Shown: piece after piece, positions 9,313-19,053 of the stretch | Layout of the letters: each line of letters begins with the position of its first letter | Position numbering within the stretch: position 1 is the first letter of the stretch | Assembly (NCBI GenBank): GCA_963665125.2 | Contig: CAXXUK010000001.1 | Coordinates: 448,001-512,000 of the forward strand | Origin: an uncultured Desulfarculus sp. | Lineage (GTDB): Bacteria; Desulfobacterota; Desulfarculia; Desulfarculales; Desulfarculaceae | Length of the DNA: 64,000 nucleotides | Direction: 5' to 3' | Notes under the pieces: generated by a model | The model's input: the letters and a program-made list of their open reading frames with translations, nothing else | The model's database searches: none | What the model was told of the DNA's origin: nothing | Position numbers and translations under genes: made by a program

Positions 9313-11355
9313 TCACCAATGCTCTTTGACCAAGTCCAACACCCGCTCGGCGGTGAGCTGGCGCAGCGACACGCACGGAGCACCCAGGTAGTCGGCCAGG
9401 GGGCGGCACAGGTTCACCTCGTGCCAATGTCCCGTGTCGATATCAACCAGTACATAGCGCACCCTGGGGTCCTTGGCCAGGGATTTGGCCAGGTTGAGCA
9501 CCTCGCGGTCGGCATAGCCACCGTCGCCCCAGCCGTCGCCCCAGCCGCCGCCCCGGTTGCCCGCCACGCTCATGTCGATGTCATCGCCCAGGCTGGCTGC
9601 CAGGGGCACGTTGGGCCTGCCGTCGGTGAAGATCACCACCAGGGGGTTGAGCTTGGGGTCCCGGCTCAGCTCCCGCTGGACCACCTCGGCCGTGGCGGCC
9701 AGACCGGCGGCCAGGGGCGTCTTGCCGCCGGTGGGCAACTCGGCCAGCATGCGCCGGGCCACCTCCACGCTGCCCGTGGGCGGCAGCAGCACCCGGGCGG
9801 CGGTGCCGCCAAAGGCCACCAGGCCCACCCGGTCGCGCTTTTGATAGGCTTCGTTCAGAAGCCCCAGAATGGCCTCCTTGCTGGCCTTCATCCGGGCCGC
9901 CGCGTTCATGGACCCGCTGGCGTCCACGCAGAACATGATCAGCCTGCCGCGCTTGCTCAGGCGCACCTTTTCCCGGATGTCGGGTTGGCGCACTTCCAGG
10001 GCCATGCCGCCGGGGGTTTTCCGTTTTTTCTGGTGGGGCGCGGCCGCCCGGAAGGTGGCGTCAAAGGCCAAGCCCCTGCCCAGGCGCTGGGCCGATGCCC
10101 GCACATAGCGCCCCCTGGCCGAATCGGTTTCCCTGGCGTTGCGCCGCCCGGCCTGGCGGATGCTGCCGCTTTCCTTGGCCGGGAGCCGGGTGGCGATGGG
10201 CGCGGCTTGGTCCGCCGCCCACAGGCGAAGAGAGCGCTCCTGGTCCGAAGGTGTATCGCCCACGGGCTGGCCTTGTTCGCCTTCCTGGGCCATGACCACC
10301 TTTGGCGGCTGGTGCAGTTCCTCGGCAACCTGCTTGGGAAGTTCTTTGAGCAATCGCTCAAATGTTTCGGCGTTGCCCGCGTGCTCGGCGGTAGACCGAT
10401 GGACCAGGGCCATGGCCGCCACCCGGCGCACCATCCCGGGCGTGGTTTCGTCATGGCCTTCCAGAGCCGCCATGGCCCTTGCCGCCCGGATGCAGGCCAG
10501 TTCGCCGCGCTGGCCCAAGGCTCCGGCCAGGGATGCAGCTTTTGCGGCCTCGGCCATGGCCCGGTCGGGGACGTTTATGCCTTGCAGGGCCTGTCTGGCC
10601 TCGGAAAGCCGCTGGGCCAGGAGATCCTGCATGCCGCTCCATTTGGCGGCAAAACCGGCAGGGTCGGCCTCGAAGGCCAGGCGGCGGCGCAAGACCTCCA
10701 TGCGGATCCGGCGGTCGGGCTCGCCGGTGACCTCCACGCACAGGCCGAAACGGTCAAGAAGTTGCGGACCAAGGTGGCCTTCCTCGGGGTTGCAACTGGC
10801 GATGAGGCATATTTGGCAGGGGTGGGCGTAGCTGACGCCTTCGCGCTCAATGCGGGCCCAGCCCGAGGCCGCGGCATCCAAAACCAGATGGGCCAGATGC
10901 GGGGCCAAAAGGTTGACTTCGTCGATGTAGAGCACGCCCCTGTGGGCCCTGGCCAACAGGCCGGGTGAAAACTCCAGGCGCCCCTGTTTGATGGCCGCCG
11001 AAATGTCCAGGGAACCCATCAGGCGGTCTTCTGTCGCCCCCAGGGGCAGATCCACGAACGGCGCGGGGAGGTGGACCCGCTCCAATACCGTTGACTTTAG
11101 ACATTCGGGGCACAAGTCTCCGTCCGGATCGCAGCCCACCGGACAGCCCTTGACCGTGGCCTGCCGGGGCAGCAGACGGGCCAGGGCCCTGGAGGCCGTG
11201 GACTTGGCCGTGCCTTTTTCGCCGCGCAACAGCACGCCGCCTATGCCTGGATCAATGGCCGCCAAAAGCAGGGCCAGTTTCATTTCCTCCTGTCCGGCAA
11301 TGGCACTGAAGGGGTATTCGATTTTGCTGAAGTTGTCGGCTGCCTGGTCCGTCAT
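9313..11355 (-). CDS. chlD: Mg/Co-chelatase subunit D family (AAA+ plus vWA)
   Basis: N-terminal ChlI-like AAA domain; C-terminal vWA with MIDAS DASGSM, GKTPLAAGL, FTDGRPN. Confidence 0.85.
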   Translation of the reverse strand: MTDQAADNFSKIEYPFSAIAGQEEMKLALLLAAIDPGIGGVLLRGEKGTAKSTASRALARLLPRQATVKGCPVGCDPDGDLCPECLKSTVLERVHLPAPFVDLPLGATEDRLMGSLDISAAIKQGRLEFSPGLLARAHRGVLYIDEVNLLAPHLAHLVLDAAASGWARIEREGVSYAHPCQICLIASCNPEEGHLGPQLLDRFGLCVEVTGEPDRRIRMEVLRRRLAFEADPAGFAAKWSGMQDLLAQRLSEARQALQGINVPDRAMAEAAKAASLAGALGQRGELACIRAARAMAALEGHDETTPGMVRRVAAMALVHRSTAEHAGNAETFERLLKELPKQVAEELHQPPKVVMAQEGEQGQPVGDTPSDQERSLRLWAADQAAPIATRLPAKESGSIRQAGRRNARETDSARGRYVRASAQRLGRGLAFDATFRAAAPHQKKRKTPGGMALEVRQPDIREKVRLSKRGRLIMFCVDASGSMNAAARMKASKEAILGLLNEAYQKRDRVGLVAFGGTAARVLLPPTGSVEVARRMLAELPTGGKTPLAAGLAATAEVVQRELSRDPKLNPLVVIFTDGRPNVPLAASLGDDIDMSVAGNRGGGWGDGWGDGGYADREVLNLAKSLAKDPRVRYVLVDIDTGHWHEVNLCRPLADYLGAPCVSLRQLTAERVLDLVKEHW

Positions 11356-11676
11356 TTCGGCTCCGCGTTTTACTGCCCGAGAACAACGAGTATATGGCCA
11401 GGTTTAGGGCCTGTAAAGGCGGCAAAATGAATGACAAATGTTCGCATGTGAAAAAAGGCTCGTAAATCAATCGGAAAATAGGTCTTGACCCGGAAAGTTG
11501 CAAAAAGAGATCATAACTATGAAGAAAATATTCACTGTCGTGGATTTTTTCCGACAAGGCGCCAACCTGACGGGTTTGTCTCCGGCACATTAGGCAATTC
11601 CCGCGCATCTTCGCATCCAAAGCGGTCACGGGCCGTACAAGGCGGCAAAAAATCAGAATCGAGTTGGGAGGTCCAG

Positions 11677-12612
11677 ATGGAGAAAATGGATCACGTTCTG
11701 GAGCGCATCGATTCGAAAGGGATCAACAGACGCGACTTTATTAAATTGACGACGTTGGTCACTTCGGTGCTCGGATTAACCCCGGCCATGATACCCAAGG
11801 TGGCGCAGGCCATGACGGCCAAGGAGCGCCCGACGGTTATCTGGCTTCATTTTGCCGAATGCACCGGCTGCAGCGAGGCGTTTATCCGCACGTCCTACCC
11901 TTGGATCGATGAACTTGTCCTGGAAGTGCTCAACGTGGCCTATCACGAGACGATCATGGCGCCAGCGGGCGAGGCGGCCCACAAGTCGTTGCACGACGCC
12001 ATGACAAAGTACAAGGGCAAATATATTCTGATCTGCGAAGGGGCAATTCCCACCGCCGACGGCGGCGTCTACGGCAAGGTGGGCGGCAAGACAATGCTGC
12101 AGATCGCCAAGGAAGCCACGGCCGATGCCCTGGCCACCATCTGCACCGGCAACTGCGCCTGCTACGGCGGGGTGCAGGCAGCCAAGCCCAACCCCACCAA
12201 GGCTGTCGGCGTGGGGAAGGCCACCGGCGTGAAAACCATTAACTTGGCCGGTTGCCCGCCGAATCCGGTCAACACGGTATCCGCTGTGGTGCAGTTCCTC
12301 CTGCTGGGCCGGCCTCCGGCCCTGGATCAATACGGCAGGCCCAAGTTCGCCTACGGAGCGACGATTCACGACAAGTGCCCCCGCCGGGCCCACTATGAGG
12401 AGGCCGAATTCGTCAAGAAATTCGGCGATGAAGGGGCCATCGAAGGCTGGTGCCTGTTCGAGCTTGGCTGCAAGGGGCCCGACACCCACAACAACTGCTC
12501 CCTGGTCAAGTTCAACGACGGCATAAACTGGCCGGTGGGCGCGGGCCACCCCTGCCTGGGATGCGCGGAGCCGCATTTCTGGGACAACATGGCGCCATTC
12601 TACACGACCTGA
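11677..12612 (+). CDS. hyaA: Periplasmic [NiFe] hydrogenase small subunit
   Basis: Tat motif NRRDFIK, ECTGCSE, GCPPNP, HDKCPRR, CLFELGCKGP, WPVGAGHPCLGC; GGAGG RBS before ATG 11677. Confidence 0.95.
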   Translation: MEKMDHVLERIDSKGINRRDFIKLTTLVTSVLGLTPAMIPKVAQAMTAKERPTVIWLHFAECTGCSEAFIRTSYPWIDELVLEVLNVAYHETIMAPAGEAAHKSLHDAMTKYKGKYILICEGAIPTADGGVYGKVGGKTMLQIAKEATADALATICTGNCACYGGVQAAKPNPTKAVGVGKATGVKTINLAGCPPNPVNTVSAVVQFLLLGRPPALDQYGRPKFAYGATIHDKCPRRAHYEEAEFVKKFGDEGAIEGWCLFELGCKGPDTHNNCSLVKFNDGINWPVGAGHPCLGCAEPHFWDNMAPFYTT

Positions 12613-12672
12613 TTCCTTGTAGCGGCGTTTGTGTAGTGTTGAAAACCGGTCCCCAGAAGGAGGACAAATAAG

Positions 12673-14322
12673 ATGGCGAAACTGACCATTGACCCGATCA
12701 CTCGGATCGAGGGCCACCTACGGATAGACGTGGAGATCGAAAACGGCAGGGTAAAGGACGCGTGGAGCTCCGCCCAACTTTTTCGCGGCTTGGAGTTGAT
12801 TTTAAAAGGACGCGATCCCAGAGACGCCCCCCATATCACCCAAAGGGCCTGCGGCGTGTGCACCGAGGTGCATGCGTTGGCCTCAATCATGGCCCTGGAC
12901 GACGCGGCCGGCGTGGGAGTCCCGGATTTGGCCCGCCTGGCGCGCAACCTGATCCACGGCGCCCAATTCATTCACGACCACATAACCCATTTTTATGTGC
13001 TGCACGCCCTGGATTGGGTGGATGTAGTGGCCGCCCTGAAGGCCGACCCAAAGAAAACCGCGGCTTTGGCCGACAGCCTGGGCAATTATCCCAACAGCGG
13101 CGTCAACGACTTCCGTGATGTCCAAAAGAGATTGCAGAAGTTTGCCGACAGCGGCCAACTGGGGCCGTTCGCCAATGGTTATTGGGGCCACAAGGACTAC
13201 CGTCTGCCGCCCGAGGCGGATCTGTTGGCCGCGTCCCACTATATCGAGTGGCTGCGGCTCCAGGCCAGGGCAGCCCGCATGATGGCCATGTTCGGCGGCA
13301 AGAACCCCCATGTGCAGGTCTATGTCACCGGCGGCATCTCCAGCGTACGCAATATCATGGACGTCGAGCGGCTCAGCGAATTTCTGTGGTATCTGCAGAC
13401 GATGAAGCGCTTTATCGACAATGTCTACCTGCCGGACCTTTTGGCGGTGGCCTCGTTCTACAAAGACTGGGGCGCCATTGGCGGCTGCTCCAACTACATG
13501 GCCTACGGCAACTTCCCTGATCAGGCCGGCAGCTACAAGAACCAGAACAACTGGCTGCCCGGCGGCGTCATCATGGGACGCGACATCGGCGCGCCCCAGG
13601 CCTTTGATCCGGATAAGATCACCGAGGAGGTCAGCCGGGCCTGGTATGCCGACGGACCCGCCCTGCATCCGTACAAGGGCGTTACCGAACCCATCAAGCC
13701 CGAATACGACTATGACGGCAAGTATTCCTTCTTCAAGGCTCCGCGCTATGACGGCAAGCCCATGGAGGTCGGTCCTCTGGCCGCGGCCCTGTGCGCCTAT
13801 GTCGGCGGAGTGCCCAGCGTCAAGGCCTCGGTGGACGCCATCCTGGGGCACCTGGACATCCCGGTGACGGCCCTGTTCAGCACCCTGGGCCGGACCGCGG
13901 CCAGGGCGGTCATCACCAAGGCCATTGCCGACGAGATGGAAAACTGGGTCAATCAGATTATCGACCGTTTGCGCAGGGGCGACACCAAGACCGTGACCGA
14001 ATGGAAATGGCCAGGTGACGCCATGGGCATGGGGCTTATCGACGTGCCCCGAGGCGCCCTGGGGCACTGGATTCACCAAAACGATCAAAACCGCATCGAG
14101 AATTACCAGATGGTCGTGCCGTCAACTTGGAACCTGGGGCCCAGGGACGCCCAGGGCCAGCTCGGTCCGGTGGAGGAGGCGCTTATAGGCACACCGGTGG
14201 CCGATCCCAAGGCCCCGCTGGAGATCCTGCGCACGGTGCACTCCTTTGACCCATGCATCGCCTGCGGCGTGCATGTGATAGATCCGGACACCAACGAGGT
14301 GTACAAGTTCAAGGTGCTATAA
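12673..14322 (+). CDS. hyaB: [NiFe] hydrogenase large subunit
   Basis: DPITRIEGH, L1 RACGVC, L2 DPCIACGVH followed by a cleavable C-terminal tail. Confidence 0.97.
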   Translation: MAKLTIDPITRIEGHLRIDVEIENGRVKDAWSSAQLFRGLELILKGRDPRDAPHITQRACGVCTEVHALASIMALDDAAGVGVPDLARLARNLIHGAQFIHDHITHFYVLHALDWVDVVAALKADPKKTAALADSLGNYPNSGVNDFRDVQKRLQKFADSGQLGPFANGYWGHKDYRLPPEADLLAASHYIEWLRLQARAARMMAMFGGKNPHVQVYVTGGISSVRNIMDVERLSEFLWYLQTMKRFIDNVYLPDLLAVASFYKDWGAIGGCSNYMAYGNFPDQAGSYKNQNNWLPGGVIMGRDIGAPQAFDPDKITEEVSRAWYADGPALHPYKGVTEPIKPEYDYDGKYSFFKAPRYDGKPMEVGPLAAALCAYVGGVPSVKASVDAILGHLDIPVTALFSTLGRTAARAVITKAIADEMENWVNQIIDRLRRGDTKTVTEWKWPGDAMGMGLIDVPRGALGHWIHQNDQNRIENYQMVVPSTWNLGPRDAQGQLGPVEEALIGTPVADPKAPLEILRTVHSFDPCIACGVHVIDPDTNEVYKFKVL

Positions 14323-14344
14323 AGTTAATAAACTCAATGCGGGA

Positions 14345-14369
14345 AGGGCGGCTGATTTTTAGCCGCCCT
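14345..14369 (+). terminator. Hairpin after hydrogenase large subunit
   Basis: agggcggct-gattttt-agccgccct perfect 9-bp stem; weak U-tract. Confidence 0.5.
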
Positions 14370-14396
14370 GTCCGCTTTCTGCTATAATTGATTTCG

Positions 14397-14933
14397 ATGA
14401 ACAAATCCGGCGACAAGCGAATTCTGGTGTTGGGTGTAGGCAATGTCCTGCTTCATGATGAAGGGGTGGGCATCAGAACGCTCAACCATTTGCAGGCGCG
14501 TTTCGACTTTCCCGCCAATGTTGATCTGGTTGACGGCGGCGTGCTGGGACTAAAACTCACCGGCACCCTGATGCAGGCCGACGAGGTCATCATAATCGAC
14601 GCGGTGCGCGGCGGCCGCGAACCGGGGACGGTCTACCGCTTTGAATGGGACGCCAAGCCCGATCATATCCAGTACAAGGATTCATTGCACCAACTTGACC
14701 TCAACGAAACCATGGCCGTGTTGCCGCTGGTGGGCCAAAGGCCCAGAGTGGTGGTCATCGGGGTGGAATACCAGGACATAAGCGCCTGGGGCACCGAACT
14801 GACCCCGGTGGTTCAGGCGGCCATGGAAAAGATGATCGACGCGGTGCTGGCCGAGCTCGTGGAATTGGGAGCGCCGGCATGTCCGAAACCAGAACCGGAG
14901 CAGGTTGTTGATGTGCTTGGCAGTACCGGCTAA
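14397..14933 (+). CDS. hyaD: Hydrogenase maturation protease (HyaD/HybD)
   Basis: VLGVGNVLLHDEGVG, LVDGG, IIDAV, SLHQ. Confidence 0.9.
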   Translation: MNKSGDKRILVLGVGNVLLHDEGVGIRTLNHLQARFDFPANVDLVDGGVLGLKLTGTLMQADEVIIIDAVRGGREPGTVYRFEWDAKPDHIQYKDSLHQLDLNETMAVLPLVGQRPRVVVIGVEYQDISAWGTELTPVVQAAMEKMIDAVLAELVELGAPACPKPEPEQVVDVLGSTG

Positions 14934-15150
14934 GGTTATTGAGGTGGCCGACGAAATGGCCACCATCGACGTCGGCGGGGTAATCCGGCGAGTCAGCGCC
15001 ATGTTGGTGCCGGATTTGGCGCCGGGTGACTATGTGATAACCCACGCCGGATTCGCGATGCATAAAATGGATGAAAAAGACGCCCTGGAAACGCTGAAAA
15101 TCCTGCGAAACATGGTTGACGCGGTAAACCAGCAGGCAAGTGGAGAATAG
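14911..15150 (+). CDS. hypC: Hydrogenase assembly chaperone HypC/HupF
   Basis: MCLAVPAKV, GDYVITHAGFA. Confidence 0.95.
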   Translation: MCLAVPAKVIEVADEMATIDVGGVIRRVSAMLVPDLAPGDYVITHAGFAMHKMDEKDALETLKILRNMVDAVNQQASGE

Positions 15151-15152
15151 AA

Positions 15153-15374
15153 ATGACTGAAGCGATAGCCCGCAAGGAAAAGGTTTGCCAAGAGGAATCC
15201 TGTACTGAAAACTGGGAACAGCTTGGCCCTGAATCGGCCTTCAACAGCGCAACGTTTGTGTTTTGTCCGTTTTGCGCCAATGAAATGATCACCCGTTGCA
15301 GCGCCTGCGGCGAAGCGATTCACGATGTCGGTTTCAGATACTGTCCATGGTGCGGCGCCCGGTTCGAAGATTAA
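15153..15374 (+). CDS. Small Cys-rich double zinc-ribbon protein
   Basis: 73 aa with CQEESC, CPFC, CSAC, CPWCG; GGAG RBS, 2 nt after hypC stop. Confidence 0.75.
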   Translation: MTEAIARKEKVCQEESCTENWEQLGPESAFNSATFVFCPFCANEMITRCSACGEAIHDVGFRYCPWCGARFED

Positions 15375-15539
15375 CCGGCGTTGGTTTTTTCGGGCTTGTG
15401 GTTTTAATGCCCTTGTTCTGGTAGATGTTTGTGTCTCGTTACGTGCTATAATTTAATACATTGAATAAAAAGTGTTTCTGGACAGTTAATCCGCTGCCAG
15501 GCGCAACCGGCGCGAACTTTTTCCGGAACCAATTTCCAT

Positions 15540-17006
15540 ATGCCACAAGTGCTTATAATTGATGATGATCCGCTGATCTGTGAGATGCTGGCGGCCAAGC
15601 TGGGCAAGATGGGGTGCGATACCGATAGCGCCCATACCCTTTCCCACGGGCTGGACCGCGCGGTCTGTGAAAACTACGATGTGGTTTACCTGGACGTGCG
15701 CATGCCCGACGGCAATGGCCTGGAACTGGTGGAAAAGATACGCAATACCGAGGCCTGCCCGGAAGTCATCATCATCACCGGTATGGGCGATCCCGAGGGC
15801 GCGGAAAAGGCTATCAACAGCGGGGCTTGGGACTACATAGAAAAAGGCTCGTCGATCAAGGATATGATCCTCCCCCTGATGCGGGCCCTGCAATACCGCG
15901 AGGAAAAACAATCCGCCGGCGTGGCCCGGGCCCTGAAGCGCGATAATATAATCGGCTCCAGCGAAAAGATGAAACAATGCTTTGATCTGATGGCCCAGGC
16001 CTCGGGTTCGCTGGCCAACGTGTTGATAACCGGCCAGACGGGCACGGGCAAGGAATTGTTCGCCAGGGCCATCCATGACAACAGCAAGGTGGCTGATAAC
16101 AGCTTTGTGGTGGTCGATTGCGCCGCCTTGCCCGAGACCCTTGTCGAAAGCATGCTGCTGGGGCACGAAAAGGGCGCCTTCACGGGCGCCGTTCAGGCAA
16201 GGGACGGTCTGGTGAGCCAGGCCAACGGCGGTACGCTTTTCCTTGATGAGGTCGGCGAACTGCCCATGACCATGCAAAAGGCGTTTTTGCGAGTCCTGCA
16301 GGAAAAGCGCTTTCGGCCCATCGGCTCCAAGCATGAGGTGAGCAGTAATTTCAGGCTGGTGGCGGCCACGAACCGGGACTTGGACAAGATGGCCGAAGAC
16401 GGCCGTTTCCGTCAAGACCTGCTGTACCGGCTGCGTTCGCTGATAATAGAATTGCCGCCGCTGAATGAGCGGCAAAGCGACATCGAGGAACTGACCATCC
16501 ATTATCTGACCCGCCTGAGTCAACGATGGGGCGTTGAAAACAAGGGCTTTACGCCGGATTTCCTGGAGACCCTGACCCATTACAGCTGGCCGGGCAATGT
16601 CCGGGAACTGTTCAACGTCCTCGAACAGGCCATGACCGCCGCCGGTCCTTCACCTACCATCTTCGCCAAACACCTGCCGGCGTCGATCCGCATCGCCAAG
16701 GCTGTTGACAGCATGACCAAGGCCGCGCCGGTCATGACCAAATCGGCGGCCGTTGATTCCGTTCAGCCGGTCGCTGATTTGTCGGGCCATGAACACGCCT
16801 TGATGGATTTCGGAGACAGGACTGAAGATATCAGGCCCCTTGCCGGTGTTCTGGAAAAGGCCATGAACCAGGTGGAGGAGTCTTATCTGCGCAACCTGAT
16901 GGACAATGTCGGCTGGGATATCAAAGAGGCCTGCGTCATATCCGAATTGTCCAGGACAAGCCTTTACAACCGCCTGAAAAAATACGGGGTCAGCCGCAAA
17001 TCCTAG
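15540..17006 (+). CDS. Sigma54-dependent response regulator (NtrC family)
   Basis: IIDDD, LDVRMPDG, GQTGTGKE, GAFTGA, WPGNVREL, C-terminal HTH. Confidence 0.92.
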   Translation: MPQVLIIDDDPLICEMLAAKLGKMGCDTDSAHTLSHGLDRAVCENYDVVYLDVRMPDGNGLELVEKIRNTEACPEVIIITGMGDPEGAEKAINSGAWDYIEKGSSIKDMILPLMRALQYREEKQSAGVARALKRDNIIGSSEKMKQCFDLMAQASGSLANVLITGQTGTGKELFARAIHDNSKVADNSFVVVDCAALPETLVESMLLGHEKGAFTGAVQARDGLVSQANGGTLFLDEVGELPMTMQKAFLRVLQEKRFRPIGSKHEVSSNFRLVAATNRDLDKMAEDGRFRQDLLYRLRSLIIELPPLNERQSDIEELTIHYLTRLSQRWGVENKGFTPDFLETLTHYSWPGNVRELFNVLEQAMTAAGPSPTIFAKHLPASIRIAKAVDSMTKAAPVMTKSAAVDSVQPVADLSGHEHALMDFGDRTEDIRPLAGVLEKAMNQVEESYLRNLMDNVGWDIKEACVISELSRTSLYNRLKKYGVSRKS

Positions 17007-17353
17007 ATTTCGCTCAGTGCCTGTTCCAACCGGATGAACAGATCGTCCATCTGGTTGAGGCCAGTTTCCGCGCCGCTTAGCCGCCACCCGGCAATGCAGT
17101 TTTGAATCTGGCGCTCCAGGTCCTCCAACTCGCCCAGGTAATCATTGACAATGGTTCTGGCCTTGCTGTCGGCGTGTTCGCTCAGGCTAAGCCTCACCAG
17201 CATGGGCACCAGGTCGATCAGGGCCGGTTGATGCCCTTCGATGAGCCTGTTGTCCACTCCGCTCAGGTGCTTGAAAATTGCAGGTAAATCATGGGCAAGG
17301 TCAATTTTGTATTCCGGTTCAACCGAAACCCTGATTTGTTGATATTTACTCAT
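17003..17353 (-). CDS. Hypothetical protein
   Basis: 116-aa ORF with GGAGG RBS, in line with the upstream minus-strand genes. Confidence 0.65.
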   Translation of the reverse strand: MSKYQQIRVSVEPEYKIDLAHDLPAIFKHLSGVDNRLIEGHQPALIDLVPMLVRLSLSEHADSKARTIVNDYLGELEDLERQIQNCIAGWRLSGAETGLNQMDDLFIRLEQALSEI

Positions 17354-17369
17354 GCGCCCCCTCCCTTGG

Positions 17370-18146
17370 TCAGATTTCGCCAGCCATTATTTTATCGGCT
17401 ACCACCCGCACCACGTCGATACCGGCCATCATCGGCCCGTTTCGCCCGTATTTTACGTTGAACTCCAGCAACAAGGGCCTGCTGTCGACCCAGGCGACAT
17501 CCACGCCCACTTCGTCCAAATTGGCCTGTTTGGCCAGGTTGACGGCCAGATCCACCGCCTCGGCTGGAACGTTATTGAAATCCACCGATCCGCCTTGGGC
17601 CACGTTGGCGCGGAATTCGCCGGGCCGGCAGACCCGCCAATAGGCGCACACCGGCTCGAAATGGATCACCACCACCCGTACGTCACGGGTGATGGCCAGC
17701 TTTTCCTGAATCAGGGCGGTATTGTGGTTTGCCAGATAGGCAGCCAGGGCCGCCGGACCGTCAATTATGAAAATGCCCCGGCCCAAGGCCGACCTGCGGG
17801 GGGTCTTGGCGATGAACGGGAAGGGGAAGTGCTCCAGGATTTTTTCCCGCTGGCGGCCGTAAAAGATCCTGGTCCTGGGGTGGGGCAGGTTCAGCAGATC
17901 GAACAGTGCGTTTTGGCGGATTTTGTCGCATTCAAACAGGTGGCATTCCAGCGAAGGAAAAATGGCCTTGCCCATGGCGTGCAACTGGGCGGCAAAGGCG
18001 TCGGTGGGGTAATAGATTTTTTCGGCCCGGCCGATCAACTCCAGGCTCTCCGGAGGATAGTCCGTGAGATTGGGCCGCAGACCCAGGGTGGTGACCCAAT
18101 CGAAACGGCTCAGCCGGGAGCCTATGGCCACCACCGGCGTTTTCAC
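17370..18146 (-). CDS. ATP-grasp (RimK-like) ligase
   Basis: DKIRQ, FPFIAK, GRGIF, IQEKL, DVRVVV, FRANVAQGG, VGVD, LLEFN; GTG start overlapping the GNAT stop. Confidence 0.8.
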   Translation of the reverse strand: MKTPVVAIGSRLSRFDWVTTLGLRPNLTDYPPESLELIGRAEKIYYPTDAFAAQLHAMGKAIFPSLECHLFECDKIRQNALFDLLNLPHPRTRIFYGRQREKILEHFPFPFIAKTPRRSALGRGIFIIDGPAALAAYLANHNTALIQEKLAITRDVRVVVIHFEPVCAYWRVCRPGEFRANVAQGGSVDFNNVPAEAVDLAVNLAKQANLDEVGVDVAWVDSRPLLLEFNVKYGRNGPMMAGIDVVRVVADKIMAGEI

Positions 18147-18625
18147 GCCCCGCCGCCGTCCAGGTTTTTGACGAAATTGGCCACCTCGGGGCGCTCCTGC
18201 CAGCCGCGCTTGGCATAAAAGTTCCTGGCATAGGACTGGTGGGTTCGTCCTGTAATGAGCATCAGCCGGTGGCAGTCGTTTTGGGCGGCCCACGTTTCGA
18301 TATTGCTTAACAGCATCGACCCCACGCCCATGCCCCGCCAATCCGCGGCGATGAACAGTTCCGAGACGTAGCATTCCCTGGCCGGCAGGATCATGTAGGG
18401 TTGCAGATGGGCCGAAGCGTATCCGACGATTTGGCCGCCGTCTTCTTGGGCCACCAGGACGTGGTGGCCAGGGCCGTCGATGCATGCGGCCAGATGTTCG
18501 GCCATGGCAGGCGCGTCGCCTTGGGCGGGCACCACGTGGCTCAGCCACGCAACACTGCGGACAATGGCCAGGATGGCGGAAAAATCGTCATATGCGGCCG
18601 GGCGTATGGTCACGGAGCCGTTCAA
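18143..18625 (-). CDS. GNAT-family N-acetyltransferase
   Basis: ELFIAADWRGMGVGSMLL acetyl-CoA motif, ARNFYAKRGW; start may be 18625 (TTG) or 18613 (GTG). Confidence 0.85.
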   Translation of the reverse strand: MNGSVTIRPAAYDDFSAILAIVRSVAWLSHVVPAQGDAPAMAEHLAACIDGPGHHVLVAQEDGGQIVGYASAHLQPYMILPARECYVSELFIAADWRGMGVGSMLLSNIETWAAQNDCHRLMLITGRTHQSYARNFYAKRGWQERPEVANFVKNLDGGGA

Positions 18626-18652
18626 GGATGTTCCCCCCGAGAAAAGTAAGGC

Positions 18653-19028
18653 CCGGACGGAGCCGAACTGTAAGCCGAGTTCTGTTCCCGGCCCAAAGGC
18701 CGGGCGGTGATCATTCCTCTAGGACGGCGGTTACCCGCCGCCTCAAGCAACCTACCCGGAGGCTTCGGACGGGCCGCCCTCGAACGCCTCCCTATTTGGT
18801 CTTGCACCGGGTGGGGTTTGCCTAGCCAGGGACGTCACCGCCCCTGCTGGTGAGCTCTTACCTCACCGTTTCACCCTTGCCGCCGCCAATGGCGGAGGCG
18901 GTTTGTTTTCTGTGGCACTTTCCGTGGGGTCACCCCCCCTGGCCGTTAGCCAGCACCCCGCCCTGCGGTGCTCGGACTTTCCTCCCGTCCACGAGTGGAC
19001 CGGCGATCACCCGTTCAACTTCGTCCGG
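18653..19028 (-). ncRNA. rnpB: RNase P RNA (bacterial type A)
   Basis: Minus strand has GAGGAAAGTCCG near the 5' end, GTGCCACAGAAA, and ACAGAACTCGGCTTAC near the 3' end; the ends pair as P1. Confidence 0.95.
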
Positions 19029-19053
19029 ACCTTTTCGAGCTTATTAAGCCGAT

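Noticed and set aside
9313..11355. Programmed frameshift in chlD producing the I subunit
   Set aside because: The ORF is uninterrupted and a separate chlI gene is adjacent; the A6 run near 10024-10029 alone is not evidence.
11582..11596. Sigma54 promoter for the hydrogenase operon (cggcacattaggc)
   Set aside because: GG-to-GC spacing is shorter than the required GG-N10-GC.
12673..14322. [NiFeSe] hydrogenase or selenocysteine recoding
   Set aside because: The L2 motif DPCIAC uses TGC codons; there is no in-frame TGA.
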